A stretch of DNA of 64,000 nucleotides from a virus (lineage: Duplodnaviria; Caudoviricetes), in IMG/VR virus record IMGVR_UViG_3300048881_000780, one strand, 5' to 3'. The notes under the pieces were generated by a model, which had not been told where the DNA came from, searched no databases, and saw nothing but the letters and a program-made list of their open reading frames with translations. How positions within the stretch are numbered: position 1 is the first letter of the stretch; every line of letters starts with the position of its first letter. This document shows positions 47,641 through 57,252 of the stretch, in pieces. Both the position numbers and the translations under genes were made by a program.

Positions 47641-49386
47641 ATGAAAAGATACGTTTCAAAAACTAGATACTTACAATTTTTAAAATGTCCACTGGATATG
47701 TATATGAATACATATAATAGAGATCTCCTAGAATATGATCAGGGAATGAAAGATAGAATCGCTGAAGGTGATGAAATCGAATCATTATACGCAGTTAAGA
47801 ATCCAGGCATGTTAGTTGATGAGGATTTTAAGGATTGGCAAGCGCAAAGAGATTCAACTGTAGAATACGAAAAGATGAAGGCCTCTAGAGTATTTGAAGC
47901 GACAATTTTAACTGACTGTATGAAGGCCTGTAGAGTAGATGCTCTTGAGTACAACGGTGACGGTAGTGTTACACAAAAAGAAATTAAAAACACAACTTCA
48001 ATTAAAGAGAATGGAAAATATAAAGAGAAGTATATTCTCGATGCTTCTTTTCAGAGATGGTGTTTAAATTTAGCGGGTTACGTTGTTGATAGAACGTATA
48101 TTGTATATCTAAATAAAGACTACGTTAGAGATGGTGAACTTGATCTTGACCAATTATTTATTGAAGAGGATGTAACCGATCAGTGTTTAAGACAGATTGA
48201 AAAATTTGAAAGTGATGATAAAACATCTGAAATTCTAGAAATTTTAGCCGATAGAGAAAATCCACCAGAAGTAACAATGTCTCTAGACTGTATTAAAGCA
48301 GGGAGAAATTGTAACTTTGAAAAGCATTGCTCTAGTAAGTGTGGTTTTGACAAGGCCTTTACGAGTAGATTATTTAATGCTTCTAAGCAGTGGGCACTTA
48401 GAAAGAAAGTAGTAAATGAAAATAAAATCTTCAAAATGGAAGATATGCCAGAAGTATTAGCTAAGAAATTAGCAAAGTTTGCAAAGCTTGATTACAATTT
48501 CACAATGGAGGGAAAATCTCTCTACTACGACAAAATGCACTTAACTAACTTTTTAGATAGTTTAAATTGGCCTTTATATCAATTTGATTTTGAAACTTTT
48601 AAATCAGCTATCCCTAGATTTGATAAGTCTAGTCCACATCAACAAATACCTTTTCAGTACTCTTGTCACAAACAAGAGAGAAATGGAGAAGTAACTCATT
48701 CTGAATTTCTTCACATGGAAAGAGGTGAAAGAGTTGGACTTAGCGACCCTAGAGAGAAGTTAATTATTGCAATGATTGATTCACTTGGAGAAAGTGGTGA
48801 TATTTTGGCTTGGAACTCTTCTTTTGAAGAATCTAGAGTTAAAGAATTAATTAGAGATTTCCCTCAATATAGAGAAAAGCTAGTAGCTATCTTTAAGAGA
48901 TTTAAAACAGTAGATTCTCCATTTACAAATAGAATGATTTATCTTCCATCTATGAAGTCGTCTTGGTCACTTAAGTATGTAGGACCTAGTGTACTTGGCG
49001 AGGAAGTTAATGATTATTCTGATTTACAAGTATCAAATGGTGCAGAGGCCATGAGTATCTATAATGACTTAGCTAAGAACGCTCACAATTACTCAGATAA
49101 TGACCTAGCTAGAATTGAAAAGGGATTATTGGTATATTGTAAGTACGATACTGAGAATCCAACTATGATAGTTGATTTTATGCACTGTATAGTAGGTAGA
49201 AATGAGCTTATAAGCGATTTAACTAAGAAATCTAACCCTGAGTTACTTAATCGTTGGAATGAGCTTAAAAAGGATTCTAGAGAGTATGAGACTAGTGAGC
49301 AGGCCATTATTTTTTCTTATATGCAAAAGAAAATACAGAATGAGGCCAAGAAAGATAAATTAGCATTTTTAAAGGCGGGGTTTTAA
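47641..49386 (+). CDS. DUF2779 protein (Cas4/RecB-like PD-(D/E)xK + RNase H-like exonuclease)
   Basis: SK..Y....CP; RVD..EIK; DFETF; PFQYS; SLK.V; YC.YD. Confidence 0.85.
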   Translation: MKRYVSKTRYLQFLKCPLDMYMNTYNRDLLEYDQGMKDRIAEGDEIESLYAVKNPGMLVDEDFKDWQAQRDSTVEYEKMKASRVFEATILTDCMKACRVDALEYNGDGSVTQKEIKNTTSIKENGKYKEKYILDASFQRWCLNLAGYVVDRTYIVYLNKDYVRDGELDLDQLFIEEDVTDQCLRQIEKFESDDKTSEILEILADRENPPEVTMSLDCIKAGRNCNFEKHCSSKCGFDKAFTSRLFNASKQWALRKKVVNENKIFKMEDMPEVLAKKLAKFAKLDYNFTMEGKSLYYDKMHLTNFLDSLNWPLYQFDFETFKSAIPRFDKSSPHQQIPFQYSCHKQERNGEVTHSEFLHMERGERVGLSDPREKLIIAMIDSLGESGDILAWNSSFEESRVKELIRDFPQYREKLVAIFKRFKTVDSPFTNRMIYLPSMKSSWSLKYVGPSVLGEEVNDYSDLQVSNGAEAMSIYNDLAKNAHNYSDNDLARIEKGLLVYCKYDTENPTMIVDFMHCIVGRNELISDLTKKSNPELLNRWNELKKDSREYETSEQAIIFSYMQKKIQNEAKKDKLAFLKAGF

Positions 49387-49764
49387 ATGATCACTTATGA
49401 GAAAACAGAAGATGGTGAAAATGTTTACTGTATACTTGGTGATAGAGTTATAACTGATTTTTACGATTTAATGGATGATGCCAATGATAAGATTGCATCA
49501 ACAAATAAAGAACTCTATAAACAGATGAAACTTGTCACTCAACTGCAAGATGCTCTAGAGGAAGCGGTCAATAGATTGGATTTCGCTAAAGAAGTTATCG
49601 TAAAGAAAGAAAATAAAGATATCGCCGAGGCCAATTATGAAGCTTCTAGAGAGTCCCTTGGGATTCTGAAAGCTTCAATCTCTCCACATCTAAAAGCTTC
49701 AAAGACTACTATGACTTTACACGAGCATCAAATTAGACTTCATAAAGGAATTACAGATGAATAA
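49387..49764 (+). CDS. hypothetical coiled-coil protein
   Basis: Coupled to DUF2779. Confidence 0.6.
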   Translation: MITYEKTEDGENVYCILGDRVITDFYDLMDDANDKIASTNKELYKQMKLVTQLQDALEEAVNRLDFAKEVIVKKENKDIAEANYEASRESLGILKASISPHLKASKTTMTLHEHQIRLHKGITDE

Positions 49765-50041
49765 TAATGAAGATCACTTGTGGATGAATACTGCTGAGAT
49801 AAAAGAAGAATCTAAAATACTCTCAGTATTAAGAGATAAGAAACTTTCAAATTCTAAAAAAGCTCAAAAGTTAGGATTTGAAAGAACCACTGTTAGGCTA
49901 AAAGAAAAAAGGACTTCCGTTTGGGTAAAGGGAGATAGTCTTTATAAGAGTGTAAACTCTTTAGTTACAAGTAGATTAAAGTATCCACTAGGATTTGATT
50001 TTTATTATTGGGGTAGACTAGCTAGAAACGAATACTCGTAG
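49757..50041 (+). CDS. hypothetical protein
   Basis: Coupled. Confidence 0.55.
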   Translation: MNNNEDHLWMNTAEIKEESKILSVLRDKKLSNSKKAQKLGFERTTVRLKEKRTSVWVKGDSLYKSVNSLVTSRLKYPLGFDFYYWGRLARNEYS

Positions 50042-50200
50042 GATATAAAATGAAAGAAGTAGTTAAAAATTGGATTTTCACAGAGTGGGCCATGTTTAAG
50101 GGGCTACCGCTTTACCATCAAGAGCAGAAATTGGATTTTATAATCTTTCTCTGTTATTTCTTTTTACTCATAGGCCTATGGATAAGAATTAGTAATCTCG

Positions 50201-50690
50201 ATGAGAAAAGATAGACCTTTCATATTTAAAATTGATACTCGCAATAATAAGACTCTCGAAATAGATCTCTATAGTCGTATTAAGTATAATTTTGTTATAG
50301 ATTGGGGAGATGGCAGTTATGAAGAAGTTAAGTATTCACCCCTATCAGGGAATAAGGATTCAATTTGCCATAGTTATACTGGTGAAAATGTCTATACCGT
50401 AACGATATCAGGTAATGTTGAAGCAATGCTATTTAATAGTGAATCAAGGAAATGTCTTGTTGAAGTTATTGACCTTGGTGATTGCAACTGGAAGAGTTTA
50501 TCTGAGATGTTTATTCGCTGTTCTAATCTTCAATCTTTCTCTGAAGGAATAACTCAATTTTTCAAAAAATGGATCTCAATCAATTTTAGTAAATAATTTT
50601 GCTAAGGATAGACTCTTTAAGAATGTTACCAATATAAACGCCCTGGATGTTAATGCAATCTCTAATTCGTGATTGAGATCTATTGCTTAG
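50201..50690 (+). pseudogene. internally deleted DUF285/BspA paralog
   Basis: RPFIFKI/IDWGDG/DLGDCNW start; repeats missing; another frame carries the C-terminus ...NAISNS*LRSIA (TGA 50670-50672 at the tag Trp). Confidence 0.75.
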
Positions 50691-50873
50691 TAACCATATA
50701 GGAACAACATTCTAGTCGGAGTTAGTTTAATTCTGTTAAATAGAATATAGAAAAATACATTTAAGTTATTGACTAAAGGAGCTTTTTCTCCTCTTTTTTT
50801 ATGTAAAAATAAGAACTAATTAATAATGCTTTGTAACTTGTAACAGTTGTTAATATTTTTGTTGAACATGATT

Positions 50874-51533
50874 CTATTTTACGAAAGAGTTTACTAGCTC
50901 GATATCTTCTTTTAAAGCGAAAAAAGATGATCTACCTATGAATATTAATTCACAAACCTTCTTACAATTCCTCTCTTTATTAATTCTAAAAAAGGTTGCA
51001 AGATCTGCTCTAGGTGAAACACTCATTAGAAGTCTTCCTTTAATCCAAGGATTATTTTTAACAAGCCATTTTCGATCCATAAACTTTCTATCTTCTTGAA
51101 AAGGAATTTTTCTGTAGTTGACGCCAAACTCATTTAAAAATGTATCTAAAGCTTCACGGGGGTATTTATTCGAAACGACATCAATCTCATTTTTTTGAAG
51201 CCTATTTTTAAGGTGAGATATGATTTTTAACCATCTTCCTTTTGAATCTGAATCTCTAGCGATAGCACAAAGAGAGCCTAGTATTCTTAACTCTACATCA
51301 TCTAGACCAATAGATAATTTTAAAAGAGCATCTGTTCTTAAAAGATGTGAGTTTATATTAATCCACGTTCTTAAGAGTGAGTGGAATCTAGTTTCCTTTT
51401 TTATAAGAGATAATCCACATTCTTTAATCAACTCGACAATAAATACTTCAGGAGGAACAGTGTAGTTATTTATCCCTCCAGTAAAAGTAAAACCTAGCCC
51501 GTTTGCAATATTGTAAAGTCTATTCTTTATCAA
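50874..51533 (-). CDS. NTase partner with C-terminal HTH-like region, copy 3
   Basis: PE..I, W....L...L, RW, NPW..GR......RAD shared with 27632. Confidence 0.65.
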   Translation of the reverse strand: MIKNRLYNIANGLGFTFTGGINNYTVPPEVFIVELIKECGLSLIKKETRFHSLLRTWININSHLLRTDALLKLSIGLDDVELRILGSLCAIARDSDSKGRWLKIISHLKNRLQKNEIDVVSNKYPREALDTFLNEFGVNYRKIPFQEDRKFMDRKWLVKNNPWIKGRLLMSVSPRADLATFFRINKERNCKKVCELIFIGRSSFFALKEDIELVNSFVK

Positions 51534-52035
51534 AAATTGACTCCTCTGCTTGTTTTAAGTCAAAGATTTCGATAGTATTCAAATCGAAGCTTTCGACAAA
51601 TGCTTTCGCTATTTTGTACTCATTTCTACTTGGTTTTAAAGAAATAAGATCTTCAAGATCAAAATCTCTGTCTACAACTGCTTTTAATTTACTTGAAATT
51701 AGATCTTGCCGAGAAATCCCCTTGATTCGTAAGTGACTATAGCTCTTTATGTGTATCACTCTATCTATCCAGCCACTAGGTATTTGACTTTCAAATGCTT
51801 TAGCGTGATCATTGAGCCAGTTTTCTTCATAACCTAATCTTTTGGCAACTGCATTACGGGCCTTATTTAGATTGTCGCTCATCTTAGGGGATAAAAAATC
51901 TATATCTCTTGTTGCACGATTAGAAATTTCACTAAGCACCAATAAAGCACCTCCGCAAATTACCAAGTTAATTCTTTCGTCAAATTTAGACAGCTCTTCA
52001 TTTAGCAAAGTTAGGGACTTTTCTAAATCTATCAT
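51520..52035 (-). CDS. DUF6036/AbiEii-like nucleotidyltransferase, copy 3
   Basis: ICGGALL..RATRDID; WLN; PSGW.DR; DLISSKL.A..R..DLEDL. Confidence 0.85.
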   Translation of the reverse strand: MIDLEKSLTLLNEELSKFDERINLVICGGALLVLSEISNRATRDIDFLSPKMSDNLNKARNAVAKRLGYEENWLNDHAKAFESQIPSGWIDRVIHIKSYSHLRIKGISRQDLISSKLKAVVDRDFDLEDLISLKPSRNEYKIAKAFVESFDLNTIEIFDLKQAEESIFDKE

Positions 52036-52254
52036 AGATCCTCCTATTTCTATTGTATCATAAATCCAAACTATTTGGACTATATTGGGTATAAGTATTA
52101 TAAATTATTCAGTTAATTAGTAATTATTTTTGTTCTAAACGCATAAAAAGCTTCGTTATTTTAATAACTTAGGCAACTAGTAACTTTTCGAAACATATAA
52201 ACAAGCACCACTATAGTTAAATACCAATTGAAGCTAAAAACTAAAGAATTAGAG

Positions 52255-52360
52255 ATTTTTGTGCTATTTAAAATACCCATTTATCATTTTTGTGCTATTT
52301 AAATTGCTATTTTCCATTTTTATGCCATTTAAACCACAATAATTGCTCTTTTATGCTACC
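52255..52360. repeat. iteron-like 18-bp repeats at 30-31 bp period
   Basis: ATTTTTRTGCYATTTAAA at 52255, 52286, 52316, partial at 52347. Confidence 0.75.
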
Positions 52361-52443
52361 GCTTGGTTAGCGCAACGTAATCGAGAGAATAAAAAGTAAT
52401 ACCCCTTGTAATACGCTGAAATCACTTAGTAATCACCGAAGTG

Positions 52444-52900
52444 TTACCGCTTCTTAATCTTTAAAAAGCCCTCGTAGCAGGCACCTCTTTGATAATTACT
52501 ACTAAAGTGACTACTAACTTCCAAATCAAACTTAACAGTACAGAGAAAGTAGATAAACTTGATTCTAAATAATGTTTTCATAACCTCATGAAAGTTTTCC
52601 TTCTTCTTGATGAGCTTATTCAACTTTAAGTAATCTTCTTCGTGTCTTCTATTAAAGAGGGGCAATTCTTGATCCCTTAATATCCAACATAAATATGATG
52701 TACTAATATGAACTCTCTCAACTACCCCCATATTTCAGGTAAGTAGTTCTTCCCTATTGAAAACTCGGGTAACCAATCATATTTTTAAGATGCTCTCTAT
52801 TGTCGACTACGATATCCCCAACCTTAAATTTAGATAAGAGCTCTCCCTGGTTTAGATCTATATACTTTATAAGTTCTCTAATTTTCTCTTTCTCATCCAT
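52444..52900 (-). pseudogene. fragmented hypothetical gene
   Basis: ATG after AAGGAG near 52900 (MDEKEKIRE) stops early; ORF 52444..52731 follows in another frame. Confidence 0.35.
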
Positions 52901-52975
52901 TAAAAGCTCCTTTTTCTTTGATCATAAATACCTGTAAATTTTAAATATGATCCAAAAAGTTGACACTTTTCATCT

Positions 52976-52991
52976 GGTTTACGTGTAAACC
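52976..52991. promoter_or_regulatory. parS-like palindrome 1
   Basis: GGTTTACGTGTAAACC. Confidence 0.6.
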
Positions 52992-53008
52992 TTAACATAA
53001 CGTGTTAA
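52992..53008. promoter_or_regulatory. TTRAC-N7-GTTAA operator
   Basis: TTAACATAACGTGTTAA abutting the parS-like site. Confidence 0.7.
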
Positions 53009-53042
53009 CATATACAACGAGAAATAAAACATAGGAAAATAT

Positions 53043-53543
53043 ATGAATTTATCTGAACTAACAAATAGAGTAAATGAACTAGTAAATCAAAAAGGTTCAT
53101 GGGCCGAGATCAGCTCTCTTTTATCTATCTGTCAAAAAAATAAATTATATTATCCTAAATTTGAAAAGTTCACTCACTGGGTTGAGTCACTAGAGATCGC
53201 TAAATCTACAGCAATTTGTATCAAAAGTGCTGGCGAGTACTGGCTAACTATTCAAGGAAAAGTAAATCCTGAACATATCGCTAGATGTCCAATTAAGGAT
53301 AAATCTATTTTAACAAAGCTTAAATCTCTAGAAAGTAAGGGAACTCAATCTCATCAGAAAATGAAGGCCCTTAAAGAAAAAGTTATTTCTGGTGATGTAA
53401 CTAGAGCAGAGTTATCTGCCCTATTAGAACCAACTGGAAATGATAAAGTAAAGATTCAAATTAGAGATCTTAAAAAAGAAATAAAAGATAATCCTGAAGC
53501 TCTAGCACTTCTTTCTAAACTTCAAGAGATGGTACTAGCGTAA
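53043..53543 (+). CDS. putative DNA-binding/partition protein
   Basis: KLY...F.KF..WV..L.I.KSTA helix pattern resembles DUF3102/plasmid-partition HTH. Confidence 0.5.
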   Translation: MNLSELTNRVNELVNQKGSWAEISSLLSICQKNKLYYPKFEKFTHWVESLEIAKSTAICIKSAGEYWLTIQGKVNPEHIARCPIKDKSILTKLKSLESKGTQSHQKMKALKEKVISGDVTRAELSALLEPTGNDKVKIQIRDLKKEIKDNPEALALLSKLQEMVLA

Positions 53544-53762
53544 TGAATTATTCTAATCACCCATTGCATTCACTGGACCCACCGTAATTTAACTAACTTT
53601 ATTACAAATGGGTTCACGCCTACTCTCTTGGGACATACCTGGAGGAGTATAAAATCTATACCGCTAGTGGTATTTTAACTCTTCTCCAATTTCTCGAGAG
53701 CTCTATCTCTAAAAAGCATTTTTAGAATAGGCATCCGTGCGCCCTTTTTATTTACCTAACTA

Positions 53763-53778
53763 GGTTTACAAGTAAACC
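53763..53778. promoter_or_regulatory. parS-like palindrome 2
   Basis: GGTTTACAAGTAAACC. Confidence 0.6.
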
Positions 53779-53813
53779 AAATGATCTAGAGAAATTCTAG
53801 AAAGGGCACCACT

Positions 53814-55007
53814 ATGTCAGCAAAGAAGAAGGAAACTAAAAAAGATAATGAACTTAAGCGTTTTTTTAACCGTGAAGGTTTACAAGTAAACCTAGACTTT
53901 GAAAAAGAACTTAAGGCCATCGAAGAAAATACTAAGATTGAAGCTGTTAGTGACCCTAGAGAATTAACTTTTGAACAAAAGGTCGCCAGATCAAAGGCCC
54001 TAATCATTGAGGCCGTTGAGCAATTTGGTATCGACCAGGTATATACAGCATTCAGTGGTGGAAAGGATTCTGCCGTTGTTGCTCACCTGGTGGAGTCGAT
54101 CTATCCAAAAATGGTTCCGGAAGTTTTCTGTAATACGGGCCTAGAATTACCTGAGATCGTTAAGATGGTTAAAAAGCACCGTGATCACTATAAGAGAAAT
54201 GTAGTGATTTTAAGGCCAGTTAAGAGCTTTAGACAGGTTATTTCTGAGTATGGCTACCCTATCATCTCTAAACAGGTGGCGATGGCCATTTCTCGCTGGC
54301 AAAATACTAGTGATCCACTTCAGAGAATCCTTAGATGGCGTGGTGGAATCAATAGAAAGGGGAAAATGCAAAAAACTGGTGTTATCCCAAATAAGTTTAA
54401 GCACCTGGCACTAATGGGTGAATCTAAAATTAAAGACTCTGAGGATTTCATGACGGATGAACTTAGAGAGAAGGTAAACGGAGCTCCAAACTTTAAGGTA
54501 ACTGAGAGATGTTGTTACTTCTTTAAGAAGGCCCCTTTTGTTAAGTACGAAAAGGATCAAAAAAAGAAACTTGGACTTAAAAAGAGTGATAAATTTCTAG
54601 CTTTCACAGGTACTAGATCAGATGAGAGTTTTCTTAGAAAGCAGGACTTTTTAAAGTATGGTTGTAATGCTTTTAATAAAGGAAAACCAAGATCTAGACC
54701 TATCATGTTTTGGGATGACGAAGATGTAAATAGATACATCAAAGAGTATAATGTAGAGATCTGTGAGGTCTACTATGATCAACATAGATTTTGCGAAGAA
54801 ACTCAAAAGATCATTTTTGTTCCAGCTGAAGAGAGAACGGGCTGTATGTTCTGTGCTTATGGATTACATATGGACGTTAAAAAGGATCCAAAGAATACAA
54901 GATTTCATAGATTAAAATTAAGACACCCAAAGCTATATAAGTATTGTATGGAAAAGTTGGGATTTAGAAAAGTACTTAAGGAATATGTAGGGATTGATTT
55001 TGATTAA
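53814..55007 (+). CDS. PAPS-reductase-family protein, copy 2
   Basis: AFSGGKDS, NTGLE.PE, CC...KK.P, GTR.DES..R, RTGCMFC. Confidence 0.9.
   Translation: MSAKKKETKKDNELKRFFNREGLQVNLDFEKELKAIEENTKIEAVSDPRELTFEQKVARSKALIIEAVEQFGIDQVYTAFSGGKDSAVVAHLVESIYPKMVPEVFCNTGLELPEIVKMVKKHRDHYKRNVVILRPVKSFRQVISEYGYPIISKQVAMAISRWQNTSDPLQRILRWRGGINRKGKMQKTGVIPNKFKHLALMGESKIKDSEDFMTDELREKVNGAPNFKVTERCCYFFKKAPFVKYEKDQKKKLGLKKSDKFLAFTGTRSDESFLRKQDFLKYGCNAFNKGKPRSRPIMFWDDEDVNRYIKEYNVEICEVYYDQHRFCEETQKIIFVPAEERTGCMFCAYGLHMDVKKDPKNTRFHRLKLRHPKLYKYCMEKLGFRKVLKEYVGIDFD
53877..53892. promoter_or_regulatory. parS-like palindrome 3 (inside CDS)
   Basis: GGTTTACAAGTAAACC. Confidence 0.6.
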
Positions 55008-55323
55008 ACCCCTGGAGCATGGATGCTCTTTAAGTAGTTAATTAATCTAGTTTTTTTTGAGAGGTGATACATATAACTTATTATATATAGTATTATTGAC
55101 AGGGATCTTGATCACAATCTAGAAAGAGCAATTGAAACGATGGGAGTAAAAATGCTTAAAAGTTTATCTAGCTCTTCTTTAGACATGTCTTCTCTATGAT
55201 TATCTTTGTAATGACAATTCTTACAGTAGTTTTATTCTTTAAAGGACACAATCAACAATACCGCCTTGCGTTACAATTTAAATCATGCTACCATATCACT
55301 AAAACATCATCCTGTCGAACGAG

Positions 55324-55686
55324 GTGCCTATGCCAGGTAATTATTCATGGAAGCTAAATATCAATCTGAATAAATCCATCGAAATCTCCAAAGAGATATT
55401 AGATTACATTTCAAATCTAGTCTCTGATGGTTGTACTAATTCTAGTATCTACATTAATAATAAAGATATTGGTAACTATCATTTAGAAATATTTGAAGAT
55501 TCGTCGTTTATTGATTTTGCAGAAATTAAAGAACTTATACAAGAAGGTCATACCTTCCAATTCTTCAAATCTATAGGTGATGAAGTCGAACATCAAAAGT
55601 GCTCGAAATGTAGACTTATTGGCCCGTGGGAAAATATGAACTTTGTAGGAGAGGTCGTATGTAAAGAGTGTTTACTGGAGGATTAA
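55324..55686 (+). CDS. hypothetical protein with C-terminal zinc finger
   Basis: CSKC ... CKEC. Confidence 0.6.
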   Translation: MPMPGNYSWKLNINLNKSIEISKEILDYISNLVSDGCTNSSIYINNKDIGNYHLEIFEDSSFIDFAEIKELIQEGHTFQFFKSIGDEVEHQKCSKCRLIGPWENMNFVGEVVCKECLLED

Positions 55687-55715
55687 TATATATATAAACA
55701 TTTTAAATATATAAT

Positions 55716-56159
55716 GTGATTATGAATAATAGAGAATTTACATCTAAAGCAAATTGTGACCACTGTGGAGAGCCGTTAAAACCCATGAGAACTCTATCTT
55801 GGTTTGGAGAACATGTTATTTGCGCTGGTAGTGAAAAGTCATGTTCAAAGTTAGAGGACAAATTAAAGTCTCGACTTAGGAATAAGTACGGTGAAGATTT
55901 TGAGGGATGCGATAAACCTCTTACTGAAATCATTAAAATGGCCCATGTTACTGATCGTGAACTCTATCAGAGTGCAAAAGATCAGGGTCTTAAGTCTAGT
56001 GAATTTAAAGGAAACCTTGATGACTTTATTGAAGGTTTAATGGTTGCTAAGATTATAAGTAGAGATGATGGTCAAATTATGGAAGCTAGATTTGATGATG
56101 ATTCTTTAGTATTAGAGTTTGACCACTACGGAGTCTATAGAGTTGATATATCTGTATAA
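55716..56159 (+). CDS. hypothetical protein with N-terminal zinc finger
   Basis: CDHCG ... SWF....C....C. Confidence 0.65.
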   Translation: MIMNNREFTSKANCDHCGEPLKPMRTLSWFGEHVICAGSEKSCSKLEDKLKSRLRNKYGEDFEGCDKPLTEIIKMAHVTDRELYQSAKDQGLKSSEFKGNLDDFIEGLMVAKIISRDDGQIMEARFDDDSLVLEFDHYGVYRVDISV

Positions 56160-56456
56160 CAAAACTTTTTTGATATACCTGGATACCCAATAATAAGAGC
56201 GTCAATCATTTTTTTGTTTAAATAGTTTTTCAAAGTACTTATAAGTATCTTTTTTAGTTATATCGATGTGTTTAACTTTAGCTCTTGAGATACCAGCGAC
56301 TAACTTTAGCGATACTTTCTTTTTGTTTTTCTTTATTATTTTCATATTACTATTTTAACATAAAAGGCCACTTTAGACCTTTTTACTCCCCTGTAGTCGT
56401 CAATATGTCCAATAAATTGCACAAAATCATCACTTTAGGCATAAAACGTCTGGTGA

Positions 56457-56738
56457 CTATAGATATCCCCACTTTCTATATAGTGGGTAATTTTCTTTCT
56501 TATCTTCAAATGCCTTATAGTATAAGTACTCTGTGGCCACATCCTGACCAGATCTCCACATCAAGACTTTAGTTTTTTGATCAATGAAAAAATCTTTAAA
56601 GAGTTCGACCTCTCTTAATTCAGAAAAGACACCCTCATTCAACAGATAGTGAAAATCTACTACTCCAGAACTACCATCGCTAAACTGTAGTTTTAGTTCA
56701 TAGTTACTTATATATTCCGCTGAGATGAGATTAATCAT
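56457..56738 (-). CDS. DUF2442 protein
   Basis: Y.L.L.FSDG...VDF ... F..L....F ... W..G.D.A.E.LY. Confidence 0.8.
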   Translation of the reverse strand: MINLISAEYISNYELKLQFSDGSSGVVDFHYLLNEGVFSELREVELFKDFFIDQKTKVLMWRSGQDVATEYLYYKAFEDKKENYPLYRKWGYL

Positions 56739-57234
56739 CCTTAGAAACTCCAATAAATTTAACATCATGTAGAGACAATAGTTGTTGGCGCACTGTTGGA
56801 TTTGGCATAAAACCATCTCTCTCTAGAATATCCCCATTGAAAAGAACTTTTAACTCGAAATAATTATCATGAGATCCATTGGGGTATTGCTCTTTTATAA
56901 TCTTATTTATTTCTTTTGCATCTAGATTAATGACTGGATAAGATCGACCATCAAATTTAATTTGATCAAATGAAGGAAAGCGAGGGTCATGACAATTAAG
57001 GTTAGTGATATATAGAGTGGCCTCTTTATTCATTAATTCACTATTTTTAGCGGTTAGTAAACCTAGGGCCTCCTCTAGTTCAGTTCTATTGATATATAAA
57101 TTACAATCGTCTCCGTGAATATGCACCAGGTTCGAGTACCCTTCTACTGGTTCAATAATCACTTCCCCATTTTTTAAAAACTCATCACCTAGTAAATCTC
57201 TCTCTGTTTGTATCTTTATTTTACTCATTAGCAC
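56731..57234 (-). CDS. hypothetical protein
   Basis: 167 aa; AAGGA RBS. Confidence 0.6.
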   Translation of the reverse strand: MLMSKIKIQTERDLLGDEFLKNGEVIIEPVEGYSNLVHIHGDDCNLYINRTELEEALGLLTAKNSELMNKEATLYITNLNCHDPRFPSFDQIKFDGRSYPVINLDAKEINKIIKEQYPNGSHDNYFELKVLFNGDILERDGFMPNPTVRQQLLSLHDVKFIGVSKDD

Positions 57235-57252
57235 TTTCCTTATTGTTAAGTA

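Noticed and set aside
42249-50690. Alternative genetic code (TGA as sense)
   Set aside because: TGA ends genes with overlapping starts (42249, 59281, 61540), Trp is TGG throughout, and the two internal TGAs align to different residues.
28398-52360. CRISPR arrays at 28398, 33169 and 52255
   Set aside because: Only 3-4 units with 0-13 nt variable parts, and no cas operon.
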